From: a virus
Strand: one strand, 5' to 3'
DNA length: 64,000 nt
Virus record (IMG/VR): IMGVR_UViG_3300037457_000038
Location: 32,001-96,000 of that record
Shown here: positions 59,943-64,000 of the stretch, in pieces
How the letters are laid out: every line of letters begins with the position of its first letter
How positions within the stretch are numbered: the first letter of the stretch is position 1
Program-made: the position numbers and the translations under genes
The notes under the pieces: generated by a model
Databases searched by the model: none
Seen by the model: only the letters and a program-made list of their open reading frames with translations
Told to the model about the DNA's origin: nothing

Positions 59943-60631
59943 ATGACCGAGACCACCAGCGCCGCGCCGCCCACCGGGCCCAAGGACTTCAGCCGCCGAC
60001 GCGACGCGAAGACCTTCGTCATCGACGGCGACACCTTCGAGGCCACATCCGCCCTCCCCGGCGAGGTCTTCGTACAGTTCACCGAACACTTCGCCGAGTT
60101 CGAGGAATCGGACAGCTGGCGGAACAACTTCGACGCGCTCGCCGCCGCGCTCGAACTCGTGCTGCTACCCGAGTCCTACAAACTACTCCGCTCCCGACTC
60201 GCAGACCTGACGAACCCGGTCGACATGGAGCAGATGGCCGACATCGTGCTGTGGCTGATGGACGAGTACGGGCTACGCCCTACACAGCCTCCCTCGGACT
60301 CGTCGGATGGGTCACCCGACCCGGAATCTGGCACCAGCTCGACGGAGAATACGCCGCCCGAGGAGCCGACTTCGGCGCCCTCCGAACCGATCGCTTCCTG
60401 AACGCGGTCTACGCCGAAATGCTGCAGCGGCTGGACGTGCGCGAGGGACAGACCGAGGAGCAGGCGCGACAAGCGTTCGACGCTGACCTCGGTGTGTCGC
60501 TGTGGCGCGCCCCCGGCCACACGCCCGTAGCCCCCGAGCCGCGCGACCCGGGCGCGCCCTACTGGTGGCACGGAGAAGAAGAGGCAAGCAGCACCTTCCT
60601 GACGGCGATGGGGGTGGTCCTCGATGGCTGA
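59943..60631 (+). CDS. Tail assembly chaperone (59943-60401) with overlapping -1 frame extension to 60631
   Basis: Two overlapping frames immediately before the tape measure gene; candidate slip site CGC CCT ACA at 60276-60284. Confidence 0.7.
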
Positions 60632-63600
60632 GCTGGTGGGCACCGCGGAGATCCGCGTCGATATGGCCACCCAGGCTGCGGTGCGGTCGTTGCAGCGGAT
60701 GGTGGCCCGCACCGACGGACCACTACGGCAGCTCAAGCAGCGCATCTCCGATGTGCGTAGTGAGCTGCGGCAGCTGCGCGGAACGAGCGTCGCGGTCACG
60801 GTCGATGACCGCACCGGTCCGGGTATCGCTGCGGTCAGGGCTGCGGTACGGGATATCGAATCTCTGGGTCCGGTGCGGATCCGTGCCATGGTCGATGACC
60901 AGACGGGGCCGGGTGTCGCAGCGGTCAGGGCATCCGTGCGGGACCTGGAACGCCTCGGGCCCGCACGGATCCGTGCCATGGTCGATGACGAGACCGGACC
61001 CGGCGCGGCAGCGGTCAGGACAGCGGTACGGGACCTGGAACGCCTCGGCCCTGTCAATATCACCGCCCGCATCGACGTGCACGCGACTGACATCGCAGCC
61101 GCCACCACCGCACTGCGCAACCTCAAGGACGCTGCCGACGACGCCTCCCGCGCACTGCGCACCCTGAGCATGCGCGCCGCCGCAGCAGCCGCAGCACTCG
61201 GGGTCCTGTCCGTGCAGGCCCGCGCTCTACGCATCCAACTCCACGACCTGGACGGGGCTCTGCGCAACGTCGGCTCCGGGATGGGCGGCCTACGCGGAAG
61301 GCTCGGCACCCTCTCCACCTCAGCCGGGAACGCTGAGAGCAGCACCAGCAGCCTGGTTGCGGCTCTGATCGGGCTGGCGTCGGCTGCTATCCCGGTCGCG
61401 GCCGCGGTGGTGCCGATCGCCGCATCGCTGGGCGCAGCAACCATCGCGCTGGGCGCGTTCGGTGGGGCGGTGGCCGGGCAGATCGTCAGCCTCGCCGAGC
61501 TGAAGGAAGCAGAGGACAAGGCAGCCGATGCCGCCGCCAACCACGGCGCGGGGTCAAAACAGGCAGCGGAGGCGCAGCGCGGGTATCAGGGGGTACTGGA
61601 TAGTCTGCCGCCGGCGACGCGGAGGGCAGCGATCGCGTTCGGTCTCCTGACCGAGCAGTATCAGGACTGGTCGGACGCACTGGCCAAGGACACTATGCCG
61701 GTCGTCACCAAGAGCATGGCGGTGTTCGGGGCGCTGTTGCCGCGACTGACCCCTTTGGTGCGGGGCACGTCGACTGAGCTGGACCGGATGATGTCCGTCC
61801 TGGGTGGGATCGTGCAGTCCGATGCGGTCGGCCGGCTCTCCCAGAGCTTCGCTGAGTTCGCGTCGGGCGCGATCTCGCGGGCGACCACGAGGCTGGCCAA
61901 TTTCGCGCAGACCGCGAACACCGGGCAGATCGGGGACAACTACCGCGAGTTCATGGCCTACGTGAGGGCGAACGGTCCGCTGGTCTCCTCCACGCTGCGC
62001 GAGCTGGGGCAGGCCGCGGTACGGATCGTGGTCGGGTTCTCCGACCTGGGCGTGTCGGTGCTGACGGTAGTCAACGCGTTGGCGAGCCTGGTCAACACCA
62101 TCCCCTCCGGCGCCCTGTCCACGTTTATTCAGATGTATGCGGCGCTGAAGTTGTTGCGGCTGGGCATGGCTGGGGTGGCTGCGGTCCTCGCCTCGGGGCT
62201 CGTCGCGAATATGCGCGCGTTCACCCGGGCTGCGGTCTCCGGCGGTGTGGCGTCGGCGTTGCAGGGTGTGGCGCAGCGTATGACGATGATGCAGAAGGCC
62301 GCGCTCGGCCTGGGTGTGCTGGCTGTGGCGGCGGTGGGGATTGGCGAGCTGGCGAAACGCGCTAGGGGCGCGCCGCCGGATGTGGACCGTCTCAACACGT
62401 CGCTGAAGGAACTCGTCAACACGGGCAAGTCCACGGGCGAGTTCCGTCAAACGTTCGGGGATGTCGACGGCCTAGTCAAGAAGATCAAACAGCTCGGGGT
62501 GGAGACGAAAAAAGCGCAGGACGCTGCAGGCGCGGGCACTGGATTTCATATCCCCGGGCTCGATGACCTGGCGGGAAAAATCAGTGGCGCGGTCAACGAC
62601 ATGGTCAAGGGCAAAGACTCCCTCAACGCGCTGAAAGACGATTTCAAGAGCTTGGACGCGGCGCTGGCCGGGCTCGCTACCTCGGGGCATGCGGATACCG
62701 CCGCCGATGCGTTCAACCAGATCAAGACGGCTGCCCGCCAGCAGGGCGTCTCTGTCAAGGAGCTCAACAGGCTGTTTCCTGAGTATCGGGAAGCGGTGGC
62801 TGCGCTGAAGGCGGAGCAGGCGCTGGTGGCTGCGTCGATGGGCTTGTTCGGTCAGCAGGCGCAGGACACCAGCGCCAAGCTGAAGGAGCAGAAAGCGTCG
62901 GCGGATGGTCTGCGGCAGGCGATCGTCGCGCTGAACGACGTCAACCGCAGCGCGCTCGGCGGCATGATCGGGTTCGAGGCCAGTATCGACGCGGCGTCGA
63001 AGGCAGCAAGGGAGAACGCCGGCAGTCTGCGCATGGTCAATGGGCAGCTCGATGTGAACTCGCCGAAGGCGCAGGCTGCCGCTACAGCTCTGAATGATCT
63101 GGCGGCGAAGACCGACGACGCGGCGGGGGCTGCGCGGGACAACGGCCGCTCATGGGCGACCGTCAACGGGATCTACGACCGGGGCCGTCAGAAACTGATC
63201 GAGTCCGCGATGCAGATGGGCCTCACCCGCAAAGAGGCGCAGGCCCTGGCGGCACAGATCCTCAAGACGCCGGACAAGACCGCCCGCCTCAAGGGCAACA
63301 TGGAAGACCTCCAGCAGAAGGTCGACAAAGCCAAGCGCGAGATCAAGTCGGTGCCGCCGTCGAAGCGGTCCCGGTTCTGGGGCAGGATCGCCGACCTGGA
63401 GAAGAAAGTCCGGGACGCGAAAGCGCGCATCAAGTCGGTGCCGCCGTCGAAGCGGTCGGAACTGCGCGCCACGATCTCGCAGCTGGAGGCGCAGGTCCGC
63501 AAGGCGAAGGCATCCATCGGCTCGGTGCGGGGCAAGACTGTTTTCATCACCGCGATCCGGCGCGGCTTCGACATGTCTTCCGGCCCGCTGCGGGTAGGCC

Positions 63601-64000
63601 GCCCGCGCGCTCAGGGCGGCCCGATCGGCTACGCGGGCGGCGGGGGTATCCGCGGCTACCCGCACGGCGGCCCGGTCCGCGGCCCTGGTACCGAAACGTC
63701 AGACTCGATCCCGATCATGGCTAGCCGTGGCGAGTTCATGATCCGGGCCGCCGCAGTACGCCGCTACGGCAGCGGCCTGTTCGAGGCGCTCAACTCCATG
63801 CGCGTCCCGGCCCACATGGGCCCGGGAGGCGCCACGTCTAGTGGCACAACTGCGGGTCGCCAGATGGTGCAGGGCCTCATCGACGGCATGCAATCGCAGC
63901 TTGGTGCGCTGCGGTCTGCGGTCCGTGACGTCGGCCAGGAGATGGCCGACGGGCTGGTGGCATCGCGGCCTAAGGTCGCGGCTGCGGCGAAGAGCGTAGC
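60624..64000 (+). CDS. Tape measure protein (runs off the window)
   Basis: ATG 60624 (MAELVGTAEIRV); Ala-rich helical frame with no stop seen; 90-bp repeats at 60801/60891/60981; GGPVRGPGTETSDSIPIMASRGEF motif. Confidence 0.88.
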   Translation, partial: MAELVGTAEIRVDMATQAAVRSLQRMVARTDGPLRQLKQRISDVRSELRQLRGTSVAVTVDDRTGPGIAAVRAAVRDIESLGPVRIRAMVDDQTGPGVAAVRASVRDLERLGPARIRAMVDDETGPGAAAVRTAVRDLERLGPVNITARIDVHATDIAAATTALRNLKDAADDASRALRTLSMRAAAAAAALGVLSVQARALRIQLHDLDGALRNVGSGMGGLRGRLGTLSTSAGNAESSTSSLVAALIGLASAAIPVAAAVVPIAASLGAATIALGAFGGAVAGQIVSLAELKEAEDKAADAAANHGAGSKQAAEAQRGYQGVLDSLPPATRRAAIAFGLLTEQYQDWSDALAKDTMPVVTKSMAVFGALLPRLTPLVRGTSTELDRMMSVLGGIVQSDAVGRLSQSFAEFASGAISRATTRLANFAQTANTGQIGDNYREFMAYVRANGPLVSSTLRELGQAAVRIVVGFSDLGVSVLTVVNALASLVNTIPSGALSTFIQMYAALKLLRLGMAGVAAVLASGLVANMRAFTRAAVSGGVASALQGVAQRMTMMQKAALGLGVLAVAAVGIGELAKRARGAPPDVDRLNTSLKELVNTGKSTGEFRQTFGDVDGLVKKIKQLGVETKKAQDAAGAGTGFHIPGLDDLAGKISGAVNDMVKGKDSLNALKDDFKSLDAALAGLATSGHADTAADAFNQIKTAARQQGVSVKELNRLFPEYREAVAALKAEQALVAASMGLFGQQAQDTSAKLKEQKASADGLRQAIVALNDVNRSALGGMIGFEASIDAASKAARENAGSLRMVNGQLDVNSPKAQAAATALNDLAAKTDDAAGAARDNGRSWATVNGIYDRGRQKLIESAMQMGLTRKEAQALAAQILKTPDKTARLKGNMEDLQQKVDKAKREIKSVPPSKRSRFWGRIADLEKKVRDAKARIKSVPPSKRSELRATISQLEAQVRKAKASIGSVRGKTVFITAIRRGFDMSSGPLRVGRPRAQGGPIGYAGGGGIRGYPHGGPVRGPGTETSDSIPIMASRGEFMIRAAAVRRYGSGLFEALNSMRVPAHMGPGGATSSGTTAGRQMVQGLIDGMQSQLGALRSAVRDVGQEMADGLVASRPKVAAAAKSV

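Larger units (their letters stand above)
1..64000 (+). mobile_element. Temperate actinophage genome (probably Streptomyces), partial; attP configuration
   Basis: Holin, att core, integrase, repressor/Cro, replication, terminase, portal, capsid, tail and tape measure genes in phage-typical order; no host housekeeping genes recognised. Confidence 0.95.

Noticed and set aside
60795-63460. 90-bp and 87-bp period repeats as a non-coding array or diversity-generating element
   Set aside because: In-frame repeats inside the tape measure gene; no reverse transcriptase seen in the window
322-63893. Long antisense and alternate-frame ORFs (e.g. 322-1578, 7788-9314, 19653-21188, 26781-28283, 52319-53950, 57491-58945)
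   Set aside because: Shadow ORFs expected at high GC; they overlap well-supported genes and lack motifs

Overview
The window is almost entirely the genome of a GC-rich temperate actinophage; Streptomyces is the most likely host and the structural gene order is siphovirus-like. Order: end of lysis cassette (holin), BRO/RhuM-like and XRE accessory genes, a tRNA-Arg(UCU) 3'-half att core (4829-4874), tyrosine integrase, repressor/Cro switch, then a long early region (Cas4/RecB-like nuclease, SSB-like protein, prim-pol/D5 helicase, two RusA-like resolvases, WhiB, HicA-like protein, HNH, and a second HTH-initiator + DnaC-like replication module). Next come a divergently regulated TraB/Spd-like transfer module, terminase small subunit, a sugar-biosynthesis/glycosyltransferase/methyltransferase cassette, terminase large subunit, portal, MuF/maturation protein, major capsid, tail genes and a tape measure gene that runs off the window. 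Phage genes flank the att core on both sides, so it reads as attP (circular or tandem form). The most notable items are (1) a multi-enzyme glycan cassette around terL that shares a 13-bp promoter motif (CCGGAATGATCTT) with the head and tail genes, suggesting phage-encoded virion glycosylation; (2) a plasmid/AICE-type TraB module inside a tailed phage; and (3) two replication systems, each with its own candidate origin. All product calls come from motif recognition by eye; no database searches were run.
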